In this document: positions 1 to 12,944 of the stretch, piece after piece | How the letters are laid out: every line of letters begins with the position of its first letter | Numbering within the stretch: position 1 is the first letter of the stretch | Origin: Eledone cirrhosa | Lineage: Eukaryota | Length of the DNA stretch: 64,000 nucleotides | Assembly (NCBI GenBank): GCA_964016885.1 | Contig: OZ024742.1 | Coordinates: forward strand, 256,308,001 to 256,372,000 | Direction: 5' to 3' | Notes under the pieces: model-generated | Seen by the model: the letters and a program-made list of their open reading frames with translations, nothing else | What the model was told of the DNA's origin: nothing | Database searches by the model: none | Program-made: the position numbers and the translations under genes

Positions 1-52
1 TATATATTTCAAGGGTACCAATACTTCGGTAAGCTTTCATCAGAAACAATAC
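1..52 (-). ncRNA. Type I hammerhead ribozyme motif (family E), cut by the window edge
   Basis: Minus strand reads tgtattgttt-CTGATGA-AAGcttacc gaagtatt ggtaccCTT-GAAA-tatata. Flanks and stem II resemble the complete copy at 39142-39205. Confidence 0.7.
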
Positions 53-692
53 AAAGTTTGTTTTATAAATGTTGTATTTACCAAGAAAAGATACCTTAAC
101 GGTTCAAGTTTTCTTTGGATAGTGAAGGGATAAGAGAAGAAAAGAAAGATATTTCAAATTATTAAGATGAGTATGCAAATGTATAGGGCTGAAAAAAACG
201 TTATTTTAGACGCTATGCAGAATTTAAATAATTAGGATATATGGATATATGAGTAGGAAGAAGAAAAAGAGCTTGTATTTACGTTAATTTAAAAGGAATT
301 AACAATTTGGGGGAATGGTGGCATATGATTCCATAATTTAAATATATTTAGCTATATTATGAGTTATAATATTGTATATATATCAACTAGATTATATGAA
401 GAATTATGGTTGTAAGTATATTTTATCTTATTACATTACAATGGGTTATAAGTATATAAATATCTATATAGATGAGTAATTGAGTTACGAAGGGTGTTGA
501 TTTTTCATTTTACATAAAAAACAGATGGTTCAAGTTGTAAGAGGAGAACAATTTGTAGATTCAAATATTTTGTTCCAACATTTAAAATGTTTTCAGAATA
601 TTGTTAATTTAGCGAAGTTATATAGTTTATCGTACATATTATATCATGTTTATGAAAAGGGAAAGATAACTCCAATCTTGTTTGTTAACCCG

Positions 693-873
693 GATTGGCA
701 GTATCGGTAGAGGGTCGGACGCCATGCTTTCCAGCATAGTTACGTCCCTTTACGATCTGAGTTCAAATCCCGCCGAGGTTAACTTTGCCTTTCATCCTTA
801 CGGGGTCGATAAAATAAAGTACCAGTAATGCACTGGATAATTGCTGGCCTTGTGCCTAAAGTAGAAACAATTA
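693..873 (+). mobile_element. tRNA-derived SINE (octopus-type)
   Basis: A-box-like tggcagtatcggtag, B-box-like gagttcaaatcc, then gccgaggttaactttgcctttcatcc...ggggtcgataaaataaagtaccag. Related copies at 9756-9935, 14340-14490 and 16510-16660. Confidence 0.75.
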
Positions 874-913
874 AATGTGATGAATATAGAGAACATTATA
901 TATTATTTTGTGT

Positions 914-1168
914 GAGATTAAATTTTTAGTCGAAAGATGTGTGAACGTTTGAAGATGAAAAGAAGAGGAAAAACGTAATGTGCATTTCGAAGAACTATCG
1001 TAAACAGGATACATTTTCAGAATGTCAATTAAAGATTATCAATCTACATCTAAATAAATATTGAGAGCGGTATCACTAGGAAAATAATGTCAAAAGTAAA
1101 AAAATATAAAAAAAATATTTAAAAATATTAAAACTTTCACACATCTTTCGACTAAAAAAATTAATCTT
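914..1168. repeat. Foldback/MITE-like unit with about 45-bp imperfect inverted termini
   Basis: gagattaaatttttagtcgaaagatgtgtgaa (from 914) is the near reverse complement of ttcacacatctttcgactaaaaaaattaatctt (to 1168). Confidence 0.55.
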
Positions 1169-1169
1169 G

Positions 1170-1640
1170 AGATGGAAACAGGGAGTCAGAGCAGGGGTGG
1201 GTAACATTCCCGAGATCCACAGACGAGTTCTCTCCAGCGGTCTCTGCCCCTCATCACCGAAGCCATGTCTGCGTCTCCGTGAGACCGGTGTCTGTTGTTA
1301 GGGCATCAGTATATGTCAATCTCGGTATCCATTTTCTAGCGTGTCCGTGTAGGAGCTTCCACAGGAGCAGTGAGTGCAGTATCAGCTCTAGATATCGGTG
1401 ATCATATCTAACTAACCATAGTCTGCTCTGTGTTACTTTCGAGCTGAATTTTGGGAGGCACCCATACAGCTCTGTGTTCTACATTCTCAGTGTATACTGA
1501 TTAACGTTCAGAGCTATCTTCAGCATTGTTATGTAACACCCATCCACCATCTGAGTGAGTTTCTTGGTTAGTGTCCAAGTCTCAGACCGGTACAACAGCA
1601 CAGACTCCACTGTAGCAACGAAGCAGAAGTGTCAGAGTAG
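1170..1640 (-). mobile_element. RTE-clade LINE 3' fragment (degenerate)
   Basis: Minus strand encodes VESVLLYRSETWTLTKKLTQMVDGCY, homologous to the plus-strand copy at 1910-2280. Confidence 0.75.
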
Positions 1641-2279
1641 TTGATGCAGGAGGTGGAGACTGTATCGATAAGAGTTGGGCTGAGAATGAATGAGATTAAG
1701 ACGAAGTATCTGGTACAGAATATTAAGAAGCCAGTGAAGATTACTAATGTAGGCGGGAAGCCGCTAGAATTGGTTGAGGACTTCCTATATCTGGGGGCAA
1801 AGATTGGGAATACGGAAGATTATCTGGTTGAGAGGAAAAGCAAAGCCTGGGCAGCGTGCCATAGCTTGAGATCGGTGTGGATGTCGGACCTTCGTAAATA
1901 CCTGAAGAACCACCTCTTCTTTGCTGTAGTAGAGTGTGTGGTGCTGTACGGGTCTGAAACTTTGACACTGACCAAGAAACTCACTCAGATGGTGGATAGG
2001 TGCTACACGAGAATGCTGAGGATGGCTCTGAACATTAATAAGTATACACTGAGGATGTACGGGAGTCTCTCAAACGTCAGCTCGAGAGTAGCACAGAGGA
2101 GACTGAGATTAGCTGGACATGCTCACCGACATCCAGAGTTGACACTGCACTCAGTGCTCCTGTGGTAGCCCCTGCTTGGACACACTGGAAGAAGGAGACC
2201 GAGGTTGACATATGTTGATGCGCTAAGGACAGACACTGGTATGTTGGAAACCCAGGACATGGCAGCGATGATGAGGGTC

Positions 2280-2282
<3 letters not shown>
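1641..2282 (+). mobile_element. RTE-clade LINE 3' fragment (RT C-terminal part), pseudogenised
   Basis: ORF 1641-2168 has VEDFLYLG, VLYGSETLTLTK, YTRMLRMALN and RRLRLAGH. After a stop it continues GRRRPRLTYVDALRTDTG. Confidence 0.85.
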
Positions 2283-2317
<35 letters not shown>

Positions 2318-2369
2318 GGAATACATGGAATACTGTTGGCTTTTTGCTACAATATTTTCTATACCTTTC

Positions 2370-2407
<38 letters not shown>

Positions 2408-2623
2408 TTTAGACTTTGTTTTATCATGAGTTAAGGCTCTATTGATTTTTCCCTGGATTTCTCTAAATTCTGTTGGATAAATCTATATCCTGATTCCTTT
2501 TGAATTGAGTCTGAATTATTTTTCCCATATCTTATGTTAACTATTTTCCCATTTTGACGCTATAGTCGCATATATGTTATGGAATACTGTTAGCTTATCG
2601 CTACAACAATTTCTATACTTTTC

Positions 2624-2728
<105 letters not shown>

Positions 2729-3179
2729 TGTGTCTGTGTGTATATTCAGAATTACAAATACACACAGGAAAGTATTGAAAATATTGATACTTTTGCCGAT
2801 AACTACTTCATTCTGAAAACAAATATTAACTTTTGTTATCTCACAAATACACCATATCATCATGTTAGCACTGGTGAGTTAATTCAAAAGTAAGATGTAT
2901 ATTTTACAAACCACCAGTAATTCTATTATTTCCGTAAATGTATTTATAGTGTTAAGTTGTATAGGCATGTTAGCATTTGTTTTCACTGTTTCAGCTTTAT
3001 TATGAATTGTATTATTATCTTAAGACATTTTATGCTGTGTCTAGCAATAAGTTGTTCTTTTTAGTATAACTTAGTATTTACCTCTCTGTGATGTCAAACA
3101 TTGTCTCTATAGTTTTTCATGACTTTTTTATTCTTCTAATATCTCTTATTTAGTTTGATGACAACCACTGGATGTAATT

Positions 3180-3445
3180 GTCCAATGGTTATGGTATTCG
3201 CTGGTCAATCTTTTGGACCCAGGTTTGATTCAAATGTGTGGTTGGGTAGATGGAAACCTCTCGGATGGCTCATGTCTACAATTCAAAGGACCGGTTTTGT
3301 CACAAGGTGAAGCCCACTGCGAATTTTGTTAAATGTACATTTGTTTGTGGAATGATCAGCCACTCATGAGATCGTTTCGGGAGCAGGATATTCAGTTTAT
3401 CAAATAACTGGAACACTATTCGTCGAGACTGATCGACATCCATCA
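3180..3445 (+). mobile_element. Degenerate SINE of a second family
   Basis: Segments such as aattcaaaggaccggttttgtcaca and gttaaatgtacatttgtttgtggaatgatcagccact recur in diverged form near 16915-17180, 53350-53470, 53570-53830 (minus) and 55748-56050. Confidence 0.5.
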
Positions 3446-4096
3446 GTGTATCGGTATTGTAATAAGCATGTCTGCAAAGTTGTTGAACGATATGAGCTGA
3501 ACCTTTTCGGTATATACGAGAGTCCCTCTCTTAAACGTTTTTAGATATCTACCAGTGTAAACAGACAACGTCAGCTTTGACTCATTCTTATGAGCAAAGC
3601 GAGTAAAAACGCCCACGTCACCCAGTATCTAGTGATATCGTGTCTGAGACTACACTAGGAGTTAAGGACTCATAGAAGCACTGAGGTGTTTTCAAAGTAC
3701 GTACAACATTGTCTTAATACGATATCTCATTGATATCTCATTTGAAAAAGGTGGGTTAAGAAAGAAATATTGCATATTATGGTGTCCGAAGCTCTTAACG
3801 TACTCGTAAGTTGACGTAAACGTATACAATATCATTATCATAAAATGACATAAATAAAATATGATAAAATAAAGTACCAGTAATACACTGGATAATTGCT
3901 GGCCTTATGCCTAACGTAGAAACAATTATCATAAAATGACATAAAATAATTGTATACGTAACAAAACCAACAACAATAACGAAAACAACAAGCACAAGAA
4001 CTTCTGCTACTACTACTACTACTAATAATAATAATAATACTTCTTTCTACTTTTGGCACAATGTCAGCAATTATTCCAGTGTATTACTGGTACTAT

Positions 4097-7000
4097 AATA
4101 ATAATAATAATGATTTCATTTATTGTCCACAAGAGCCGACATATAGGGGACAATGCAAAAGACTGGGACAGTGAGGATTTACATATACATATATACAACG
4201 TGTAAACAATATAAATAACAATAACAAAGTAACAAGAAAATAGAACAAGACAAATTTCCAGGGTTCACTCAGGTACCCCACCAATCCTGAACGACCCGAC
4301 GCTTCGAGGGCACCCGGGAAGAAGGGCACACCTCTCCTCCTCACCCACCTACAGGCGCATGATCAGAGTAGGTCCACTCACACGGGTCATTCTCGCCACA
4401 GTCAACCACCTTTTAGCAAATGTACGGGGATGGGGGGGGGGGGGCAGCACTTCTCTTTCCACCCTTACTTTCCTTTCCAAGTGAAACTTGAAAAAATTAA
4501 TGAGGGATTGGCCGAAGAGAAACATGTCTGTCTTCAGTCCTTTCCACCTCGTCCACCATACAACCTCTTTCATTACTGCCACCAGGCAGAGGAAAATTGC
4601 CTGTCCTTCCTGGCCAAAATAAGGCGGCGGGTCGATCTTCCCTATGGACTCGGCCGATAGCAAGATCCGTTCTACACGCGACAACAGCTGTTCGACATAA
4701 TTCCACAAGTCAGCAACGCACGGACACTGGACTAGTGCGTGCAAAACGGTGTGTCGCTAAGGGCGCATCTCGGGCAGGTCCGTCTGACAGCACTTCCGTG
4801 CAAGTAGAGTTTATCTCGAACCGGCAGTGCCTCCCGATAACACTACCAAGCGAGGGATTTTGGGAAATTATCCATTGTCTCCGGCTCAAAGTCCTCCGGA
4901 ACCGACTGCTTAGTTCGACTTCGTCGACGCCCAGAGCTTCTGTGATTGCGTCGTCACATTTGCCCACCACTAATCCTCTATAAAACTCGAGATTTGAAGT
5001 TCCACTGAGCGCATTGCCCGCCTGGTAGAGGGCAGTGAGTGCCTGGCAACATTCCAGATGCCAGTCACCCAGTTTCGGTCACTTCTTGACCCAGGACTGC
5101 AGCTCCGAATAAAAGACGAGCTGGGGAAAGGCCCGTCTGAAAAACGGCGACCACACCTGTTCACCGTTTATGCAGAATATCTGGAGACGCCGTAGCCTCA
5201 GCGCCAGTCTGCGCATTATTATCCACACCATGTACAGCCCTAGAGGGTGATGGTAGCAGATGGAGCGCCTCACCTACAGACCCTGACCCTCTCCAGAAGA
5301 ATTTGAAAGGAGCCGTTCCATTGGCGATGCGCGAAAGGGGGCAAAGGACGGCGGTCAGGCGGTAGTAGATCACGGACGCGATTTACGCGTTCGCATCTCC
5401 GCCCGAACTTTCAGTGATAGCTTCCTGGCAGCCAATTTCAAGGTGAGACTGGCTACCGTGCCTGTCACCTCGTCCCAATTCTTATCCACCCGGTTGTCTG
5501 GCGTGAATCAAGCCCCGAGCAACTTTACCATTACGTCCGTCCAGCGCCCAACGACGCTGTTGGACGGCATGGACGTGCCTCTCCAGGTGCCGAGTTACAA
5601 GCCCACCGAATTTTCCAGGTAAGGTCTTACTCCCGTCAACCTTTGATATTCCTCCAATAAGTTGCCAATCACCTCGATTTCTGAGGGGTCCGACCCCATC
5701 ACGGTGGTGTCCGCATAAGCCGACACAACTTTTCCGCGTCCCGGTTCAAACGGTATGCACTGCAACAGCTCCAGGTTCCGCAGTAATGGCTCGAGAGTCA
5801 ATACGTACATAAGGGAGGAGAGAGGGCACCCTTGACGGACCGAATGGGACATCTGAAACAGTTCCGAGAGGTGGCCATTAAATTTGACCACCGAGCAGAT
5901 ATTGCTGTGCATTGCAGCGATCCAGCTTCTGAAGACGGGGCTGAAGCCAGCTGCCTTGAGGACAGCCTCCAGGTACCGATGGTCGACGCTATCGAATGCT
6001 TTCGATTGATCTAAATTGATCAGAGCCCCACCGAAGCCAGGTTTACACCCTACACTCTCTATGATATATCGCATGAGGTGGAGGTTGTCTTGTATGGACC
6101 TGATTGTGCAAGTTTGCGCCTCCCCAACCAAATCCTCGACGACAAGCGCCAACCTCTTCGCTAAAACCTAGGCCAACATATTAAACTCTGTGTTGAGCAA
6201 TGTTATGGGCCCGAAATAGTCTAATGTGTCCCTCTTGTTCTCATCTTTCCTTATCAACATCACTACGCCGCGGCTCACAGAACTGGGAATACTTTCGTTC
6301 TGCTGCCAGTTGTAGTAGAGCGCTGGCATATTTACGTAAAGCTCGTAGGGAAGACCATACAAACCAGGTAACTTGCGCCTTATGCAGCCGAAAAGGGCAA
6401 TCTCGGCTGAAGCAATCGGTCTTTCGCAGAGCTCAGCGTCGGCCGTCGAGAGTTGCGGCAAGCCATCGAGGTAGGGAGTGAACTCCGCCACCGTCTCTGA
6501 CCCGCCGCTTCCCAAGAACAACCGAGCAAAATGTTGACGAAAGGCGTCACACATCCGCTTGTTAGCTCAGCTAGTGTCTGTCTCGGTCCGTCAAAGACGA
6601 AATCGTGGTTTTATTGCCACGATACGCCTCTGTCACGCACCCATGGAATAGCTTTGGTTCCCTCGTTTCTCAGAACACGCGCCTTAGCTCTGACAATGCA
6701 ACCTTCGTGTTTCGCATTGAAGAAATGCTCTAATGCCATTCTCGCCGCTAACACGTCAGCTGCAATGCCACTACAAATAACCTCACCTAACTTATCTACC
6801 AACCCCCCTTTCTATTTTTATCTAACGCTACTTCTTTGCTAAACTCTATTGACATTACTCTAATCTCTCTTTTGAGAGCCCCCCCCCCCATCTATTGTTA
6901 ACGACTCCCCCTGTCAACTTTTTCTGAACTAAATTGTTGACCTGGTCCCTGTAAGCCTTACGTGCCGGAAATAACATGTTCAGCTTCCTAACATACGCGT

Positions 7001-9735
7001 TGCATCTAGGTCGAACATACAGATCACAAACTTGTGATCTGAATAGGCGACCGTTTTAAAATGTGAACAGCTTACACTATATCTGTCTATTTTCCTAATG
7101 AATAACCTGTCTATATACGATCTAGATGACTCTATGCGGTTAGTCCAGGTCCACACTGGCGCATTAGGGAAATCTAGTCGGTACCTGCCAGACAGTTGGA
7201 ACTGGCTGATCAGGTACTTGAAGGTGTGCACCCTCAGCTCCTGTAGGATACACCCACAGTCCCAGTGTGTGTCTAAGATGCAGATACAGTCCCCTGCAAA
7301 CAGTAAATGGCGAGACGTACCCAGAAAGGCTTCCAGGCGTCTAAAGAAGTTCGGCCGTCCTGACCCTGTAGGGGCGTAGACGACCATCAGTCTAAAGGCA
7401 CCACCTTCGTTATTGTTCACGTAAAGGACCACCAACTTACCATCCGGGTCGCCGAAGTTCGACCTTAATTCGAGATCCAGGCCTTTCCTAAACAGCATTG
7501 CCACCCCAGCACCGTTCCCGGCCGACTAACAGAAGCGAAGATCTGATAGTCGTCGAAAATGGGGCTAGTGCGCTCGTGTCGCAAATGCTGGGTTCGTTGA
7601 CGGCAATTACATCCATTTCTAGAAACCTGAGGTCATTGAGCAGGTGACCCTGCTTCAAGGACGTTCTCAGGCCTCGAACATTGAAACTTCATACTCTTAA
7701 TACGGCCATGTTGGCGGGCTGAAAGAGGAAATGTTTCCTTACCCTCCAGACTCTTGTGAAGTTCGTGTGGTTCGACCTCCATAGTTGGTGGGGTTTCTTT
7801 GGGGAACTCCTTTAAAAGTCTTGAAGTGGGTTTTACGTTCGGGTTCCCACGTCCCGAGGAAAGCTGTCTCGTATCTCTTTGTATTAATCGAACGACATTC
7901 GCACCAGAAACAAATCTTCTGGCACTTAGAATGTACTCGATTAAAAAATGTCCCCTCTTTTTGTATTTCTGCACTTCGTGCTACGAGGGCCACCAGTTCC
8001 TTGTTGGCCCTCCTGACGAGCACGCTTTTTTGTATGTTTTGTTGGTGCCATTTTATTTGTTTCTGTAGCTGTGGTGGTGATAGCTTTGATGGTGGTGTTT
8101 CGGTTGTGTCTATGTTTGTTGTGAGTGCGTTGTCTGTGATTTCAGATGTTTGTGTGTGTATTGTTCGTGCGTCTGTTTAGGTTGTTTGCGTTTGGGGGAT
8201 CTGGTGATGGTGATGGTGATGTTGATTTTGGTGCTCTGGGGGAGATGTTTGCATGGGTGGTGTCTGCATTTTTTATAGTGTGTGTATCTTTGGGCTTTGT
8301 TGACATTTTTATTTATTTTTGTGCTTCCTTTTTTTGTATTTTGGGGGATTTTGGTTTTCCCTCAACTTCACTACTGGTAGATGAGGGGTCTGTGTCTGTA
8401 AGTGTGTCCGTGTCTGTGTGTGTGTTCATGTTTTTATTGATGTGTGTACTTTTGCGGGGAGGGTGAATTTGACAACTTTCCTCTTTTCCCCACTGGGTGG
8501 TCAATATTCATGGTGGTCTTTCTATTGGTGTTGTTGCTGGTGGTTTTGCCGGTGCTGGTGTTGTTCCTCGCCCCGGCGTCGGCTGCAGTGGAGTCCTTCA
8601 GCCCCTTGCAATTTTCAGCAGTTGAGGTCAGAAGGCTCGTAAATGGGATTTTCCCCGTAAACGAAACAATGCAGCCTTTTACCCTCAGTCATAATGTGAA
8701 TGACCGTCCCATTCTGAAGACTGATGTGGTCTGGGATTGTTTTGACATTCTCCGGCCTGATCTGGAGAAGTATCTCCAGGTCAACACCGGACCTGTCCTC
8801 TCTGGCAGTTCTTGTTACTTTTATCGAGACGGCATCCGTCCCCTGCACAATCACGGAAGCCCCCACATGTCAAGTCCTGGTGGGAGTCTGGGAATGCGAA
8901 GACGGGCCGTTCTTTTTCACTTGTGAGAGGGGTACATTATGACCTTTCTGGTTTTTTAAGGTGACCTAGCATGTTTCATAGCGAGGGTTTCTGACTTAAA
9001 CAGCACCGAAATGGTGCCGTATTGTCTGCGCCTCGCTATCTATTCGGTGTCACCCATGATGCACCCCAGCGCGACTTCGACATCTGCTAGTGGAATTAAA
9101 GCTGACCTCTTGGTTTCTACAGAGATGCATCTGTAATGCACCGTTCTGTGCTCCACTGCTTCAATAGCTTCTACCGGGACAGTTAAGTTGGCCCAGGTTG
9201 CTCTTGCTTGATGAGCTTCCAGGTCAAAGCTGAAATGTTGTCATGATTGCAGTTGTTGGTTTTGCTGTCGTTGCTGCTGGTGCTGTTGTCGTTCTTGATC
9301 ACGACTGTTTTCTTTTACTGTTTTGGTAATGTAGCTGTTGCTGCTGTTGTAATTTTTGTTCTCACTGTTGTTGGTTTTGGTGTTAGCGATATTGCCTGAT
9401 GTGTTGTTACATTTTTAAATTGTTGCGGGAGGGGCAGCGTTATTAATTTCAAAGCTTGACTCGCTGTCGCAAGACAGCAAATTCAAAGTCGGGGGGCGTG
9501 CCTCCGCCATGTTTTTCTTTCGATAACAATTTTGTTTTAAACACACAAAGTTTAAATATTTGGGCCTATTTGGGCCAAAAGGCCCAAATATTATGGGAAG
9601 TACTTTCATGGTGGCAAAGACTAAAGTCTTATTTCCCGTTTGAAACAAAAATATTAATGACAAACGTATTTCAAACCGTAGAAAAAAACAAACTTATGAG
9701 CTCACGATAGTACGTCCATTCGCTTCAACGACCAA
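4097..9735 (-). mobile_element. Near full-length L1/Tx1-like LINE, disrupted by frameshifts and stops
   Basis: Minus strand. ORF1 starts near 9510 (MAEARPP...). ORF2 starts near 7700 with an APE domain (NVRGL, VYAPT, YIDR, YSDHK), an RT (SIQDNLHLMR, LDQSKAFDSVDH, VRQGCPLS, SAYAD) and a C-terminal HALVQCP. The 3' end has aataaa plus an (ATT)n tail. Confidence 0.9.
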
Positions 9736-9755
9736 TAAAATAATAATAATAATAA

Positions 9756-9935
9756 TTGAGGTAAGGGAAAGTCGATTAAATCGATCCCAGCGAGTGACAG
9801 GTCTTTACTTTATCGACCACGTAAGGATGAAAGGCAAAGTTAACGTCGGCGGGCTTTGAACTCAGAACGTAAAGGGACGTAACCCTATGCTGCAAAGCAT
9901 GGTGTCCGACGTTCTATCGATACTGCCCATCCACT
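9756..9935 (-). mobile_element. tRNA-derived SINE
   Basis: Reverse complement contains ttctgagttcaaagcccgccgacgttaactttgcctttcatcc, same family as 693-873. Confidence 0.75.
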
Positions 9936-11356
9936 GATAATAATGTTTTGGAGCATTAAGACTCACGCCTTTGTATAGTTACATTGCCTGTCTATACATC
10001 GGGGAATCTTACATCTAGGTCCATCTAGACACACTCACTCACACTAGCTTACACACATTCACATACGCACACAGACACACAAACAAACACTTATATATAT
10101 ATTTATCTATATATATATAAACATATATATATAAATTGTTTGTATATTTCTTTACAATTTTATATTAGTCCTACTTGTACCAAAATATCTATTTGATTAC
10201 ATAGAAAATATTTTGCAGCATTTACATAAAGTGTTTGTTTTGTTTGAACAGATTTTATATCTGACAAGATATCTAATCATTTCAGCATTGAATTATATTT
10301 ATTATTTTGTATATTGTATCAAAAATGATGAATATGACGCGTCAAGTTATTCAATATCTGACAAAGATGTAATTCGTAACATTTAACATTCAATAAAAGA
10401 AACCATTTGAATGTTCGTAAATTGAGAAACGAAATACTAAATAGTGAAATACTTATTATTTTACAAATTAAATATTGTATGTTTATGTTCTTCTTATATT
10501 TGTAAAATAGGCGTAGTTATATAGTGAGGAATTATGATCGGTATAGTGTTTATAAACACACATACATTTTAAATGGAATGTTTACGTAAAGTTAAATTTG
10601 TAATTATATGAATTTCAAGCTATTTAAATACGGAACTTGACAAATGGCTTCCTGTTCGTGTCGGTCACCGTCCTGACCAGGACTTATGTTTAATTACGCA
10701 AACACGGAAAGTGTGCCTACCAGCTGATTTGGAATGGCTGATGCAATTGGTCTCTTTGGCTGGCTTATCTCCACGGCAATGCATTCGTTATATCGTGCGC
10801 AGCGTGTAGAGTATACCTCCTCCTTCTACCTTCCTCTTTTTTAATTATCTATTTTTTCTTCTTTCTACCACCAGTTTTTCTCACCATTTCTGTCTTTACG
10901 TTTATTTTTTTTCTTTAAAATACAGTTTCCTTGATACTATTTCCGATTTGTAAAACATATATAACAGGAGAATTCATTGGTAGTTCTATATTTCTTCTGG
11001 TTATGTAACACCCATATGTACAACGCCTCCCTTTTTACCAATTATAGATTGTTACAAAACACACATAGTAACAATACATCTATAATTACGAAACAACCCC
11101 ATTTACAGAATATCCTTGAATACGAAACGACTAACGTTGAAACAAATTACACACATTTCGCTCCACCTGCCTTCTGTCACCATTTGTACGCACCTATTGG
11201 TAGATTTGTTTTGGTGTCGAATGGAATGAATTGCGGTTTCCGTTCCAGCAATCTACAATTTACGTTCAAATATAGGAGATGACATTGCGCTTCAAACTTT
11301 CAGGGTCAATAGGTTAAGCATCTGTCCAGAACTGGTGATGATTCCTCCTCCTCCTG

Positions 11357-11358
<2 letters not shown>

Positions 11359-11451
<93 letters not shown>
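11359..11451. repeat. (CT)n microsatellite
   Basis: Direct inspection. Confidence 0.95.
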
Positions 11452-11452
<1 letters not shown>

Positions 11453-11639
11453 GCATATAGAAAACCAGCGAGATGTATTTAGCCAAATACAAAAGACACG
11501 TTGCATTATGGGAATTAAGGGATCAATAAAAATATATTCAGGGCAGAGTTTTTATGCTAGAGAATGGTTTGTAGTTAGTGAATAGTTATACGGCCATCAG
11601 ATATGATAGTTAGTTGCGATATAAGCGGGAAACTGCCGA

Positions 11640-12940
11640 GCGAATAAGCAATATCGGACGAACAGCGGTAAACCTCCAAGGGAGATGGAGCAATGGGTAC
11701 ACCTGTAGCCTACAAGAAAACTCTCAATCCCGTGACTTATCTATGATGAGGTGAGTAAATACAGCCTCTAAAAGACCATAGTATTCGGGGTATTGACAAA
11801 GTACCAGATTGATGACTGGCGCGTAGAAGACCACCGAAAGCGAAATTGCAATAGAGTGAGAGAATCAAAAAGAGCAATGCCGCATCACCCTTTAGGCGGG
11901 TTAACAAGAGATGGGTTCAGGATTTAGGTAGAAAGGCCTGTTAAACAAATATATTGCAGTTCCCTTTCATGCCGTAACAAACTGTTGATGGGCTTGAGAC
12001 CTATCCTGGAAGTCGTGGCATAGCCGTACAAAGATTGTATCCCAAGACCACAAGGAACGTCCGGAAATGGAACAAATCTTGACAATTAGAATCCGGAAAA
12101 TTACAGCCTTTGCAGGTAAGGAGCAGGAAGTTGTGGAGGAGGCTAGATAAAACCGGCTAGATATAGTCCGAGTGTCCTCAACAAAGTTACGTGGCTCTCA
12201 AACTGTAGATTTGGATATAGAAAGGGAACTCAACTATTCTGTTCTGGCGACAGAAATGACTGCACAGACGAGAGTGGGCTGTCAGAGTGTTCTATGGACT
12301 CGATCACATTAGGAGGGAAATTTACGTCTTGAAGCTTAGGATGAAAGAAAGGTCTCTGTGGGTAGTGCAAGTTTATGCAACAAACAACGATTCCAAGTAC
12401 AGGGGTTCTCTGAAGATGCCATCCGAGAAAAGAAGTAGGTCTATAAATCCTGGTTTTGAAATAACTCCTCCTTCCTGGAGTTACGGCATGTGGAGGCACG
12501 AAGAATCACAGCAAAGGCAGTAAAGGGGTCTAAATTTATGATATGAGTGTACTTTAGGGTTAAGCTTGAAACCGACGTCAGATCATCAATAAAGATGGTC
12601 TGGTAAACCATGCGCCGACTTCGTAATGAGATACCCATCTCCAAACCTGCTATCGTGACCGCGTCTCGGCTTCTTAGCTCTTCACTGAAGTATATCCTCA
12701 TCAGTTGGAGGTAATAAATTGCTGATCACCTATAGCCGATCATGGCATCTTCTGAGGTAACGGAGGTGGATCTGGGAGTGTGTAATAAACTCTCGGAAGC
12801 TGAGATCACAGGAGGAATTCTCTGTGTGAATAACGAGTGCCGGTTGGCCTGGATAACACGAAAGGCACTTAGTTCAATGGCATTCCGGAGGGATATCCCA
12901 ATCATCGTGGGGGAAGATTTCTCAGACACTCCTTCCAGCG
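11640..12940 (+). mobile_element. RTE/Expander-like LINE 5' half (degenerate APE to start of RT)
   Basis: Reads LDIVRVSSTKLRGS, VVQVYATNN and VWXTMRRLR, ending at CRLAWITRK...IPI. Confidence 0.6.
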
Positions 12941-12944
12941 TGTC

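Noticed and set aside
525-710. 61-aa plus-strand ORF
   Set aside because: No recognisable motif and it runs into a SINE. At most it is antisense to a decayed PLE end upstream of the HHR at 1-52.
693-790. tRNA gene
   Set aside because: A/B-box-like motifs only, with no cloverleaf; it is a SINE head.
10640-11340. Unique-looking, more CpG-rich segment that might be a promoter or exon
   Set aside because: No supportable splice structure, ORF homology or diagnostic motif from sequence alone.
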